In this document: piece by piece, positions 1-9,357 of the stretch
Position numbering within the stretch: position 1 is the stretch's first letter
Layout: every line of letters starts with the position of its first letter
DNA from: an uncultured Bacillales bacterium
GTDB lineage: Bacteria; Bacillota_I; Bacilli_A; RFN20; CAG-449
Direction of reading: 5' to 3'
Assembly (NCBI GenBank): GCA_945929875.1
Contig: CAMEOO010000001.1
Coordinates: 6,574 to 70,573, forward strand
DNA: 64,000 nt
The notes under the pieces: model-generated
Told to the model about the DNA's origin: nothing
Databases searched by the model: none
What the model saw: only the letters and a program-made list of their open reading frames with translations
Made by a program: the position numbers and the translations under genes

Positions 1-395
1 GAAGAAATAGTAATAAAGAAAGAATCTTTAACATCTTTTGTTGCGCCAAATGTAGCTTCCGCTAAAGCGGTGCAATTTGCATCATTTTTAATTTCACATT
101 TGAAACCATATTTTTCTTCTATAATTTTTTGTAAATCTAAATCTTTGATTCCAAGATTTGGTAGGATCTTAATTTTGTTTCTTTCGATAAATCCACATGC
201 AGAAATACCTACCTTCTTAACGTTGTATTTCTCATATGGTAATGATTCTATTAATCGACAAATTTGTTTGACTAATAGGTCTTTATCATTCTTTATCGTT
301 TTTTCACGGTTTACTTCGATAATATCTAAGTTTGATGAAACAATTCCTACTCTAAGATTTGTTGCACCCATGTCAATTGAAATTACGTATTCCAT
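1..395 (-). CDS. ROK-family sugar kinase (glucokinase-like), partial; the N-terminus is in the window and the C-terminus runs off the left edge
   Basis: Minus-strand translation from the ATG at 395..393 gives MEYVISIDMGATNLRVGIV..., a ROK/glucokinase N-terminal ATP-binding motif. The start overlaps the pyk stop as TAATG, with an AGAGGTGGAG ribosome-binding site. It was not in the ORF track because it is truncated by the window edge. Confidence 0.6.
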   Translation of the reverse strand, partial: MEYVISIDMGATNLRVGIVSSNLDIIEVNREKTIKNDKDLLVKQICRLIESLPYEKYNVKKVGISACGFIERNKIKILPNLGIKDLDLQKIIEEKYGFKCEIKNDANCTALAEATFGATKDVKDSFFITIS

Positions 396-1852
396 TATAG
401 CTCCACCTCTTTAAATTCATTTACAGTAATTATTTTCATAAAGTTGTTTTTATTGGTTCCTGTAGGGGTTCCACCAGTTAATATAATTGGTGAACCAGCA
501 GGGATTTTTAATTCTCTTGCTTTTAATAATGCAAGTACTTCCATCTCTTCAATAAATTGCGGTAAGTAAGGAATGTAAACTGGATAAACTCCCCAAGTTA
601 AGCAACTGGTTTTACAAATATTTAAATCGTTACTAACTGATAGAATTGGACAGCAAGGTCTAGATTTTGCAATTCTAGAAATAGTTTCTTCACTTTCAGT
701 TAAACAAACGATTAACTTTGCTCCGATTAATAAAGCAGTGTTAGCAACTGAGTTACTTATAGCATCGTTATTATTCTTATTAGATGTTTCAAATGCTTCT
801 TGAGTAAATTTTTCATAAGGAAGATAGGTTTCCATTTTTGAAGCGATTTTTGCTTGCATAGAAGCAGCTTCAACAGGGTATTCACCAGAAGCAGATTCAG
901 CAGATAGCATAACTGCATCTGAACTTTCAATTACGGCATTTGCAACGTCTGAAACTTCCGCACGAGTTGGATTTGGATTAGTTTTCATTGAATCTAGCAT
1001 TTGAGTCGCAGTGATTACTGGCTTTCCAGCAATTCGACATTTATTGATAATTTCTTTTTGAATTACTGGAACTTCCTCCGCAGGAACTTCAACACCTAAG
1101 TCGCCACGAGCCACCATAATTCCATCGCTAACTTTAATGATGTCATCTATTAGTTTAACTGCATTTGGATTTTCAATTTTTGATATAATTTTAATATCTT
1201 TTCTACCATTATCAGAAAGGATTTTTCTAATGTCTAGAACATCTTCTGGAGATCTAACAAAACTTGCTGCGATAAGAGAAACATTGTTTTTACAACCCCA
1301 AACGATATCGTTATAATCTTTTTCAGAAATATATGGCAAATTGATTACTGTATCAGGGCAATTAACACCACGTTTATTTTTAATGACGTGATGATTTAAG
1401 GCTTTAGTGATGATCTCTCTATTTTCTTCATCTTTCGATGTGACTAATAAAGTTAAATTTCCATCATCTAATTTAATTCTTTGGCCAACTTCTACATCGT
1501 CAAATAATTTATCATAAGTAACAGAGAATTTGTCATTTGTTCCTAGCATTGGCTTCATTGAAATTACAACTTTTTGATTAGTTTCAATACTTGCGCTTCC
1601 CGAAACAAAATCGTGAGTTCTAATCTCTGGACCTTTTGTATCTAGCATTATTGGTATAATGATACCTTCTTTTTCAAATAGTTGATCGGCAATTTCAATC
1701 TTTTTTAAATGTTCTTCATAAGTTCCATGAGAGAAATTAATTCTCATGACGTTCATTCCAGCTTTATAAAGTTTTAAACAAGTATCATAATTATCGCTAG
1801 CAGGACCAATAGTGCAAACTATTTTGGTTTTTTTGGAAATATTCATATTCAT
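395..1852 (-). CDS. pyk: pyruvate kinase
   Basis: 485 aa with the motifs IVCTIGPAS...MLDTKGPEIR. It lies immediately downstream of pfkA, the classic Firmicute pfkA-pyk operon. Confidence 0.9.
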   Translation of the reverse strand: MNMNISKKTKIVCTIGPASDNYDTCLKLYKAGMNVMRINFSHGTYEEHLKKIEIADQLFEKEGIIIPIMLDTKGPEIRTHDFVSGSASIETNQKVVISMKPMLGTNDKFSVTYDKLFDDVEVGQRIKLDDGNLTLLVTSKDEENREIITKALNHHVIKNKRGVNCPDTVINLPYISEKDYNDIVWGCKNNVSLIAASFVRSPEDVLDIRKILSDNGRKDIKIISKIENPNAVKLIDDIIKVSDGIMVARGDLGVEVPAEEVPVIQKEIINKCRIAGKPVITATQMLDSMKTNPNPTRAEVSDVANAVIESSDAVMLSAESASGEYPVEAASMQAKIASKMETYLPYEKFTQEAFETSNKNNNDAISNSVANTALLIGAKLIVCLTESEETISRIAKSRPCCPILSVSNDLNICKTSCLTWGVYPVYIPYLPQFIEEMEVLALLKARELKIPAGSPIILTGGTPTGTNKNNFMKIITVNEFKEVEL

Positions 1853-1858
1853 AAGTTA

Positions 1859-2818
1859 TTACCTTGTTCTACAAAGCATATGCTTTAAGAATTTATTAGA
1901 TTTATTTTCCATTTTTAATGCTTTTTCAATAGGAGTTGCGGTTAGTTTGTTATCGATGATGCCGATGCAAACGCCAGTATCTCCTTGAAGTAAAGTATCA
2001 ACAGCAAATACTCCCATTGTAGTAGCAAGAGTACGATCGATAGCAACTGGAGTTCCACCACGTTGAATTCTACCAAGAACTTCTGATTTTGCTTCAATCC
2101 CACAATTTTTAGTAATCTTGTCGGCTAAAGCGCTGACATCGGTAATATGTTCAGTAATAATCACCATGATGTGATGTTTACCCATATTTACTTGGTTTTT
2201 AATTTCTTCTAATAAATCTTCTTCTGCCATTGGATTTTCTCTAGTAATGACGATATCCGCGCCAGAAGCAAGAGAAGCATAGACGGCAAGATCTCCGCAA
2301 TATCTACCCATGACTTCTACAACAGAGCAACGTTGATGTGAAGAAGAGGTATCTCTTAATTTATCGATGCAATCGACAATTGTTTGTAAAGCGGTGAAAA
2401 AACCAATTGTATAATCTGAAGAAGCAACGTCATTATCGATAGTTCCAGGTAAAGCGACGCATCTAATGCCTTTTCTTGATAAAGCAAGCGCTCCTTTATA
2501 TGTTCCATCGCCACCGATTGTGACTAATGCATCTATTCCGTATTCTTTTAAAATTTCGACAGCTTTATTTTGAACTTCATCTTGAGAGAATTCTGGAAGT
2601 CTAGCAGTCCCAATTTTTGTTCCACCACGATTGATGATTTCCGCACAAAATTTCCTATCGACTTTTTCAATGGTTCGATCGATAATTCCTTTGTATCCAT
2701 TATAAATGACATACATTTCAAGATTTGCCTCAAGTCCGGCTCTAATTACCGCTCTAATTGCGGCATTCATTCCAGGAGCATCTCCTCCTGATGTGAGAAC
2801 TCCAATTTTTTTAATCAT
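1859..2818 (-). CDS. pfkA: ATP-dependent 6-phosphofructokinase
   Basis: 319 aa with GVLTSGGDAPGMNAAIRAV and GGDGS-type motifs. A GGAGG ribosome-binding site precedes the start. Confidence 0.9.
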   Translation of the reverse strand: MIKKIGVLTSGGDAPGMNAAIRAVIRAGLEANLEMYVIYNGYKGIIDRTIEKVDRKFCAEIINRGGTKIGTARLPEFSQDEVQNKAVEILKEYGIDALVTIGGDGTYKGALALSRKGIRCVALPGTIDNDVASSDYTIGFFTALQTIVDCIDKLRDTSSSHQRCSVVEVMGRYCGDLAVYASLASGADIVITRENPMAEEDLLEEIKNQVNMGKHHIMVIITEHITDVSALADKITKNCGIEAKSEVLGRIQRGGTPVAIDRTLATTMGVFAVDTLLQGDTGVCIGIIDNKLTATPIEKALKMENKSNKFLKHMLCRTR

Positions 2819-2978
2819 AATTTAATCCTCCGATTTTCATCACAAGTTTATTATAAATAAAAACGATATTAAAGAAAAGAATTTGAGATTAAAAGAAGAG
2901 AAATTTTATTTTAAAAATATTGTTCTTCTTTAATTTTTCTTTCTTATCAAGTAAACTAGTAATAAGCGTGGTGAGACT

Positions 2979-4211
2979 ATGATTTATTTAAAAAAAGAAG
3001 ACTACTTTGAAGTGTACTTAGGTTCGATGATATCCAACATCGATAAAGATGTTCTTTTTACTCTTTATCAACCAATTCTTGGCCATGATGCTGTAGCTTT
3101 ATATTTAACTTTATACTCTGAATTTAAGAAGCAGGAAATCACTTCTTTTTCCTCTCACGAAGAATTGATGGAACTAATGGATATCAATATCTTAAAACTT
3201 CAAGAATCAAGAAAACTTCTCGAAGGAATTGGCCTACTTCAAACATATTATAAAAGCGATAAAAATGGTAATAGTTTTTATAAGTATATACTTCTTTCTC
3301 CAAAATCTCCTACCGATTTTTTAAATGATATATTGTATCGTGGACTATTAGTTAGAGCGATAGGAGCAAAGAAGGTTAATCAAATTTCAAATTTATACAA
3401 ATCCAAAGAAATCGATTTAGAGGGATATAGCGATATTTCAGATTCTTTTAAGAATGTCTTTAATCCTTCTTTTGATTCAAGTAGTTTTAATACTTCAATA
3501 CCAACTGATAACACATTTACGAAAAATACTAAAGATATTTCAAAAGAATTTGATAAAGGAGCTTTTTTATCTTCTTTAGAGGATAATCATGGAATAAAGA
3601 AGACTTTTATTAAGGAAGACGATTTAAATGAAATATCGAGAATATCACTTTTATATGGAATTAGTGAAATTGACATGTGCGATATCATCCATCAAGCTAT
3701 TAAAGATGATAAAATAGATTTTGAGTTAGTTAAAAACCTTTCTTTAAATAGTCAAAAGTATTCGACTATCATTACAAATGATAATTTAATTAAATCTAAC
3801 GATTTATATAATCCGACTTCTTTGAAAGCAAAAAAAATTAAATTGATGTCAGAAACTAGCGCTTTAGATTATTTAAAACTTAAACAAAATAATAATGCAA
3901 TTTCTCCTAGCGATGTAAAGATTATCGATGACTTAAGTCAACAATATAATCTTCCATCTCAAGTTATTAATCCTTTAATTGATTATGTACTTGAAAACTA
4001 TGATAATACTTTGCCAAGAAATCTAGTATTAAAAATAGCTGCTTCTTTAGTAAGAAACAACATCCAAACTACCATCGACGCAATGAACTATTTATATAAA
4101 GTTAAAAATAGCAAAAAGACATCAAAAATTGATAAAAAAGATGAAAATGACAAAGAAAATGTAACTGTAGAAGATATAAAAAATCTTTTAAAGGAGTTAG
4201 GCGATGAATAG
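2979..4211 (+). CDS. dnaB: replication initiation / membrane attachment protein (DnaB of B. subtilis nomenclature, DnaD-domain family)
   Basis: 410 aa and directly upstream of, and overlapping, dnaI, as in the Bacillus dnaB-dnaI operon. The N-terminal region and C-terminal DDBH2-like region are typical of the DnaD/DnaB family. Family membership is recognised from memory, not from a search. Confidence 0.55.
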   Translation: MIYLKKEDYFEVYLGSMISNIDKDVLFTLYQPILGHDAVALYLTLYSEFKKQEITSFSSHEELMELMDINILKLQESRKLLEGIGLLQTYYKSDKNGNSFYKYILLSPKSPTDFLNDILYRGLLVRAIGAKKVNQISNLYKSKEIDLEGYSDISDSFKNVFNPSFDSSSFNTSIPTDNTFTKNTKDISKEFDKGAFLSSLEDNHGIKKTFIKEDDLNEISRISLLYGISEIDMCDIIHQAIKDDKIDFELVKNLSLNSQKYSTIITNDNLIKSNDLYNPTSLKAKKIKLMSETSALDYLKLKQNNNAISPSDVKIIDDLSQQYNLPSQVINPLIDYVLENYDNTLPRNLVLKIAASLVRNNIQTTIDAMNYLYKVKNSKKTSKIDKKDENDKENVTVEDIKNLLKELGDE

Positions 4212-5121
4212 TCTCGAATTTAATTTACCAACTATCTCTATTGAAGAATTAAATAAAATAAAAAAAGAAAAATTAGAAGTTATCCTAGATGATGAAGACA
4301 TAAAAGGAATGATGAATTTAAATAATTTAGATATTAATTTTATCAAAGAAAACATCTATTATTTTTCTAAATATAAAGAAGATAAAGATTTATGTAAAGC
4401 GTGTAAAGATCCTTCGCTTTGTAAAAAGAAAGGATGCCATCTATCTTTGTCTTTAGCCTTGGATAAAAATAATAAAATATCATTTATATTTTCTAAATGT
4501 CCTTTTGAAAAAGAAACAGATAAACTTAAGGGAAAATATCTCTATCGTCAATTTTACGATGAAATCTTTAACTATAAATTATCAAACTGCTTAGACTATT
4601 TTGCTCTCGAACGGGCTCCTATTATTAAAAAAATGATGGAATTTAGAAAAAATCCTTCAGAAAAGGGAATGTATATCTATGGTAGTCCAGAAAATGGAAA
4701 ATCGTTTATTTTAAGTGTCTTCAGCGTGTATTTAGCGAAATCAGATTCCACAAAAGAGATATCTTTTATCGATTGTGAAACCTATTTTAAATCTTTAGAA
4801 AATAATTTTAATGAAGATATTAACTACTTTAATTTTGTCATAGATGAATTAAAAAAAACACAATATTTATTCTTAGATGATCTTGGGAAAGAATTTAAGA
4901 ATGAATTTGCAATTATAAATGTATTAATACCAATTTTAGAATATCGAAAAGAAAATCACCTAACGACATTTATTTCTTCATCCTATTCGATTAAGGAATT
5001 GAAAATGGCTTATTCAAAAATTAAAAATGGGTCTAAGATATCCTCAATATTGGAAGAATTATTATCTGAAACTATGACATCCTTAAAATTAGCCGGAATG
5101 AAATTCTCAAATTTGCAATAA
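4204..5121 (+). CDS. dnaI: primosomal helicase loader DnaI (AAA+)
   Basis: 305 aa. It has an N-terminal Cys-rich zinc-binding region (CKACKDPSLCKKKGCH), a Walker A-like GSPENGKS motif and a Walker B FLDDLG. Its start overlaps the upstream gene by 8 nt. Confidence 0.7.
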   Translation: MNSLEFNLPTISIEELNKIKKEKLEVILDDEDIKGMMNLNNLDINFIKENIYYFSKYKEDKDLCKACKDPSLCKKKGCHLSLSLALDKNNKISFIFSKCPFEKETDKLKGKYLYRQFYDEIFNYKLSNCLDYFALERAPIIKKMMEFRKNPSEKGMYIYGSPENGKSFILSVFSVYLAKSDSTKEISFIDCETYFKSLENNFNEDINYFNFVIDELKKTQYLFLDDLGKEFKNEFAIINVLIPILEYRKENHLTTFISSSYSIKELKMAYSKIKNGSKISSILEELLSETMTSLKLAGMKFSNLQ

Positions 5122-5145
5122 ATAATATTTTTTATTCATATAATT

Positions 5146-5171
5146 ACCATGGTGATGCCATGGTTTTTTTA
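5146..5171 (+). terminator. hairpin ACCATGG-tgatg-CCATGGT followed by a T7 run, a rho-independent terminator after dnaI
   Basis: There is a 7-bp GC-containing stem plus a run of T. The ATG of the yqfC-like ORF at 5160 lies inside the 3' arm. Confidence 0.4.
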
Positions 5172-5360
5172 GATGATGAAATATGCAAGGTCAATTCTTA
5201 CAAAGAGATTAAATTAGTTTCTAATAATCAAATTATTGTTTTATTTAAAAAGAAAAAAATGGAGATTAAAGGAGAGAATTTAAGAATGACTTTTTTTTCA
5301 AAAGAAGAAATCTATTTAAAAGGTAAAATACAAAAGATACTATTTTATGATAAAGATTAG
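5160..5360 (+). CDS. yqfC: YqfC-like sporulation protein (small beta-barrel protein)
   Basis: 66 aa. The C-terminal segment MEIKGENLRMTFFSKEEIYLKGKIQKI resembles the YqfC family. It sits immediately upstream of, and overlaps by 14 nt, a YqfD-like gene, as in the Bacillus yqfC-yqfD pair. The start is uncertain because the ATG is inside the terminator stem. Confidence 0.45.
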   Translation: MVFLDDEICKVNSYKEIKLVSNNQIIVLFKKKKMEIKGENLRMTFFSKEEIYLKGKIQKILFYDKD

Positions 5361-6279
5361 AACATATTATTTATCGAAAGTAACGTTTTATTCACCAGAA
5401 GTCTTTCTTTCATCGTGCCGTTATCACAATATTACAATTTATAATTTTCAAGTTCTAGATCAATATAATTATCAATTTTTAATTCTAAAAAAAGACTATA
5501 AAAAGTTGAAAAATTATTATTTAGATATGAAAATTCTTAAAATCTATGGCTTTGAATATTTAAAGAATATAATACTCTCTAATAAATTTACTTCATTTTT
5601 AATCATTATCTCTTTTTTATTATACTTCTTTTTAAATACAAGAATTTATCGAATAGCTATTAATGGAACTAGCGATAAGATCAATGAAATTATCTCTAAT
5701 AGAATAGAGGAACTAGGAATAAAACAATTTAATAAAATGCCATCTAATTCTTCATTAAAGGAAATTGAAGAAATCCTTAAAATGGATTTGATTAGTTACG
5801 TTGATTTAATCTCAGTTAATTCTAAAGGAACTTATATTTTCATAAATTATGAAAAGAAAGGAGAAGAGATAGTTATCGAAAAGAAAAATGGAAAGATGTA
5901 TGCAAAAAAAGATGGAATAATTAAGTCTTTTGATATTGAATCAGGAAAAATTGTCAAAGAAATAAATGATTATGTAAAAAAAGGAGATCTTTTAGTTGAT
6001 GACACATTAACTTTCAACGATAAAGAAATTATTGTTGGAACCTTAGGAAAAGTTTTTGCTTACACTTTTAATAAAGTTAAAGTGTCTTGCTCATCTTTAG
6101 GCGTTGAAAAAAGCGAACTATATCAAATGCTTCTTTCTAAAGCTAGATATGAATTAACAAAAAATCTAGATCCAGGTTCTTATATCGATAAGGAAGTAAT
6201 CATGGCTTTTAGCGATGTAAATGATATCGCGACAATGATAATTCATTATACCTTAGTAGAAAATATTGTAACTTTTTAG
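5347..6279 (+). CDS. yqfD: YqfD-like stage IV sporulation protein (single-pass membrane protein)
   Basis: 310 aa with one central transmembrane segment (FLIIISFLLYFFL). The conserved yqfC-yqfD ... ybeY-cdd-era-recO context supports the call. The family assignment is by architecture and synteny. Confidence 0.5.
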   Translation: MIKIRTYYLSKVTFYSPEVFLSSCRYHNITIYNFQVLDQYNYQFLILKKDYKKLKNYYLDMKILKIYGFEYLKNIILSNKFTSFLIIISFLLYFFLNTRIYRIAINGTSDKINEIISNRIEELGIKQFNKMPSNSSLKEIEEILKMDLISYVDLISVNSKGTYIFINYEKKGEEIVIEKKNGKMYAKKDGIIKSFDIESGKIVKEINDYVKKGDLLVDDTLTFNDKEIIVGTLGKVFAYTFNKVKVSCSSLGVEKSELYQMLLSKARYELTKNLDPGSYIDKEVIMAFSDVNDIATMIIHYTLVENIVTF

Positions 6280-6326
6280 GAAATTTAATTTTTTCACCTA
6301 ATATATCTAGTAGGTGGGAAAAAAAT

Positions 6327-7484
6327 ATGAAATATTTAATTAAACAAACAAGTGAAAAAAACTGTGGGATTACCTGTGTCAAAACCTTAAGTGCTTTACT
6401 TCATCATGACGACAGTTATCTATTTGATCTAGAAGAGAATAATTGTTCTTCAATGTTAGATTTAAAAAAAGAATTGTTAAAGAGAAATATTGAATCAGAT
6501 GGATATTATATTGATGATTTAGAAAAACTAAAAAAATGCAGAAATTCAATATTATTGATTAAAGAAAATTCAATTAATCATTTTGTGATTTTATTAAAGC
6601 TTACAAAAAAATATGCATATTTAATTGATCCAAAACTAGGTAAAAGAATAATTAGCCTAGACTACTTTATAACAATATTTACTAATAATGCTTTAGTAGT
6701 AAAAAAAATTAATAAGCAAAAAAAGAAAAAAAGAGATAATTACTATATGTATAAGGTTACGTATTTACTATCTTTTTTAATTGATTTTTCATTAATTTAC
6801 GTTCTAACTTATATTATTAATATAAAAGGGCAACTTTTATATACCTTGTTAGTATTTATTTCGATTCTATTAAATTTAGCTTTTAAGTTTTTTATCGCTT
6901 TATCATTTAGTAGCAATTTTGAAAAGACTTTGATTCTTCCTTTATTTAATAAAGATCTTGATGCAAAAGATCTGAATACCGCTATAGAGTACAAGGCGAA
7001 GTTAATTGAATATATTTTTAAAAATTTAGCTTATTATTGCATAATTATATTTGTTATTTTACTATTGCTTAAAAACTCTTTAGTTAATTTTTTATCAATT
7101 ATTTTTTGCTTTATGCATCTATTATGTCAAATCAAATTTGAAGATCTACAAAAGATTTTAGAATCAAACTTATTTTATAACTTTCAAGTTAATTCAAAAT
7201 TCAATTTAAAACAATATTCAAATCTAAAGAAAAAATCGTCAAAATTCGTAACAATTTCCACTATAGAAAAAATTGGATTTTGGATAATTATCTTACTAAT
7301 TTCAATTTTTATTAACTATTTTAATAATTATACTTCACTTGTTTTCATTAGCATTAATTTCTTTTTGTCTTTATCGTTAGGAAATCTTATTCTTAATATC
7401 TATGAAAATGAAAACAATAAAAAAGAAAAATTGAATGAAGCAAAACTAGTATTTTTGAGAATTTCAAATAAGAAAAAAGAATAA
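6327..7484 (+). CDS. C39-family (bacteriocin-processing) cysteine peptidase domain fused to a polytopic membrane domain; a PCAT-like protein with no ABC ATPase domain
   Basis: The N-terminus QTSEKNCGITC matches the C39 Gln(oxyanion)-x5-Cys-Gly motif (compare ComA QVDERDCGVAA). A downstream NHFVILL His motif and IDP Asp follow at the expected spacing. About 6 predicted transmembrane helices follow the peptidase domain. The protein stops at 385 aa with no nucleotide-binding domain. Confidence 0.55.
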   Translation: MKYLIKQTSEKNCGITCVKTLSALLHHDDSYLFDLEENNCSSMLDLKKELLKRNIESDGYYIDDLEKLKKCRNSILLIKENSINHFVILLKLTKKYAYLIDPKLGKRIISLDYFITIFTNNALVVKKINKQKKKKRDNYYMYKVTYLLSFLIDFSLIYVLTYIINIKGQLLYTLLVFISILLNLAFKFFIALSFSSNFEKTLILPLFNKDLDAKDLNTAIEYKAKLIEYIFKNLAYYCIIIFVILLLLKNSLVNFLSIIFCFMHLLCQIKFEDLQKILESNLFYNFQVNSKFNLKQYSNLKKKSSKFVTISTIEKIGFWIIILLISIFINYFNNYTSLVFISINFFLSLSLGNLILNIYENENNKKEKLNEAKLVFLRISNKKKE

Positions 7485-7588
7485 TTAATATAAATACTGC
7501 CTTTTTATAATCTTAATTTTAATTTAATTTTTTATGTTTTTATTTATCCAATTAGCCATTTATGGTAAAATAATGAAGAGGATTAAAC

Positions 7589-8053
7589 ATGGAAATAGAA
7601 CTTAGTTTTTTTAATGACACAAACGAAGAAAAATTTGATGAAAATTATTTTCTTAACATCGCTCAAACGGTATTTAAACATTTAAATTTAGATTATTATT
7701 TCATTTTCGAACTTAATTTAGTTTCATTAGAACAAATTCATCAAATTAACAAAGAGTATCGTAAGATCGATCGACCTACCGATGTCATCTCCTTCGCTTT
7801 CGAAGATCACGTTGAAGGAGAAAAAACTATTATTCTGACTAAAGATCTTCCAAGAGATCTTGGAGAAATTTTTATTTGTGTCGATAGGTGCAAAGAACAA
7901 GCTAAAGAATATCAACATTCAATTGAAAGAGAAATGTCTTTTTTATTCACTCATGGTTTACTTCATTTATTAGGATATGATCACATGAAAAAAGAAGATG
8001 AAGAAGTCATGTTTAAAATTCAAGATGAAATTATGGAATTATTACATTTATAG
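7589..8053 (+). CDS. ybeY: rRNA maturation endoribonuclease YbeY
   Basis: 154 aa with the HGxLHLxGYDH zinc-binding motif (HGLLHLLGYDH). Confidence 0.85.
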   Translation: MEIELSFFNDTNEEKFDENYFLNIAQTVFKHLNLDYYFIFELNLVSLEQIHQINKEYRKIDRPTDVISFAFEDHVEGEKTIILTKDLPRDLGEIFICVDRCKEQAKEYQHSIEREMSFLFTHGLLHLLGYDHMKKEDEEVMFKIQDEIMELLHL

Positions 8054-8061
8054 GGGGCAAT

Positions 8062-8466
8062 ATGAATCAAGAAGAATTAATTAATCATGCAAAAAATGCG
8101 ATGAAGTTATCTTACTCACCATACTCAAATTATCCTGTTGGCGCGGCTATATTAACAAAAGATGGTAATATTTTTTATGGAGCAAATATTGAAAATTGCG
8201 CTTATCCATCTGGAATTTGTGCGGAAAGATGTGCTATTTTCCACACCTATATGCACGGATATAAAAAGGAAGATATCGTTTCATTAACTCTTGTCGCTGA
8301 TTCAAATGATTTACCTTATCCTTGTGGAGCTTGTCGACAAGTTCTAAGCGAATTATTTCCTTTAGAAGGCGAAATAATCATCGCTAATTTAAAAGGGAAA
8401 GTGTTAAAAACTAACATTAAAGAATTATTACCTTATACTTTTGAACCAGCAAACTTGGAGAAATAA
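8062..8466 (+). CDS. cdd: cytidine deaminase
   Basis: 134 aa with the CAERCAI ... PCGACRQ zinc-ligand motifs. Confidence 0.85.
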   Translation: MNQEELINHAKNAMKLSYSPYSNYPVGAAILTKDGNIFYGANIENCAYPSGICAERCAIFHTYMHGYKKEDIVSLTLVADSNDLPYPCGACRQVLSELFPLEGEIIIANLKGKVLKTNIKELLPYTFEPANLEK

Positions 8467-8467
8467 T

Positions 8468-9355
8468 ATGAAATCAGGCTTTATTTCAATAATAGGTAAA
8501 ACTAATGCAGGTAAATCGACATTAATTAACGCTTTAACTAAAAGTAAGATTTCAATTTGTACACCTAAACCTCAAACCACTAGAAATTCTATTCAAGGAA
8601 TTTATAATGATGATGATTCACAAATTGTTTTTATCGATACTCCTGGATTTTTATCTCCACATCAAAAACTTGATGAATATATGAACAAGCAAGCGTTTTC
8701 TTCTTTAAATGGAATTGATGGAGTGATTCTACTTGTTGATTCTAGCGTCTTTTTTAATAAAGATAAAGATAGTCAAATTCAAAATAATTTAAAGACTTTA
8801 GATGTTCCTTTATTCATTGTTTTTAACAAAATTGATTTAACTAATATTTATTTAATTAACAATTTAAAAAAAGAATACCAAAACTTATTTCCAAATGCTG
8901 AAATTATAGAAATCAGCGCAGAGAAAAAGGTTAACTTAGATCTACTTTTAAATAAGATTAAAAATATATTACCTGAAGGATACAAATATTATCCTGACAA
9001 TATTAAATCAGATCATCCTATTTCATTTTTAATTGGAGAAATAATTAGAGAAAAACTTCTTTTGTTTACTAGAGAAGAAGTTCCTCATTCTTGCGCGGTT
9101 AAAATTGAAAAAATCGAAAAAAATAATAATAGTTATAATATTCTTTCAACTATTATCTGTGAAAGAAATTCACAAAAAGTAATCATCGTTGGTAAAAATG
9201 GCTCAATGATAAAAAGAATTGGAATAGCCGCGAGAAAGGATATTGAAAAATTATTAGATAAAAAAGTAAATTTAGAAACCTTTGTTCGCGTAGAAGAAAG
9301 ATGGAGAAACGATGATAATTATTTAAAAGAATTTGGATATAAAGACGAAGAATAG
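8468..9355 (+). CDS. era: GTPase Era
   Basis: It has G1 GKTNAGKSTLIN, G3 DTPG and G4 NKID motifs plus a C-terminal KH domain. The start is taken at ATG 8468 (MKSGF...), which has a GGAG ribosome-binding site, rather than the upstream in-frame ATG of the ORF track. Confidence 0.9.
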   Translation: MKSGFISIIGKTNAGKSTLINALTKSKISICTPKPQTTRNSIQGIYNDDDSQIVFIDTPGFLSPHQKLDEYMNKQAFSSLNGIDGVILLVDSSVFFNKDKDSQIQNNLKTLDVPLFIVFNKIDLTNIYLINNLKKEYQNLFPNAEIIEISAEKKVNLDLLLNKIKNILPEGYKYYPDNIKSDHPISFLIGEIIREKLLLFTREEVPHSCAVKIEKIEKNNNSYNILSTIICERNSQKVIIVGKNGSMIKRIGIAARKDIEKLLDKKVNLETFVRVEERWRNDDNYLKEFGYKDEE

Positions 9356-9357
9356 AT

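Noticed and set aside
70-414. 114-aa plus-strand ORF at the left edge
   Set aside because: It is entirely antisense to the ROK kinase / pyk 3' region. It has low-complexity composition and no ribosome-binding site.
2548-2791. Two overlapping ORFs (61 and 73 aa) inside pfkA
   Set aside because: They are antisense or out of frame to a highly conserved pfkA coding region. About eight random ORFs of 80 codons or more are expected in 64 kb at this base composition.
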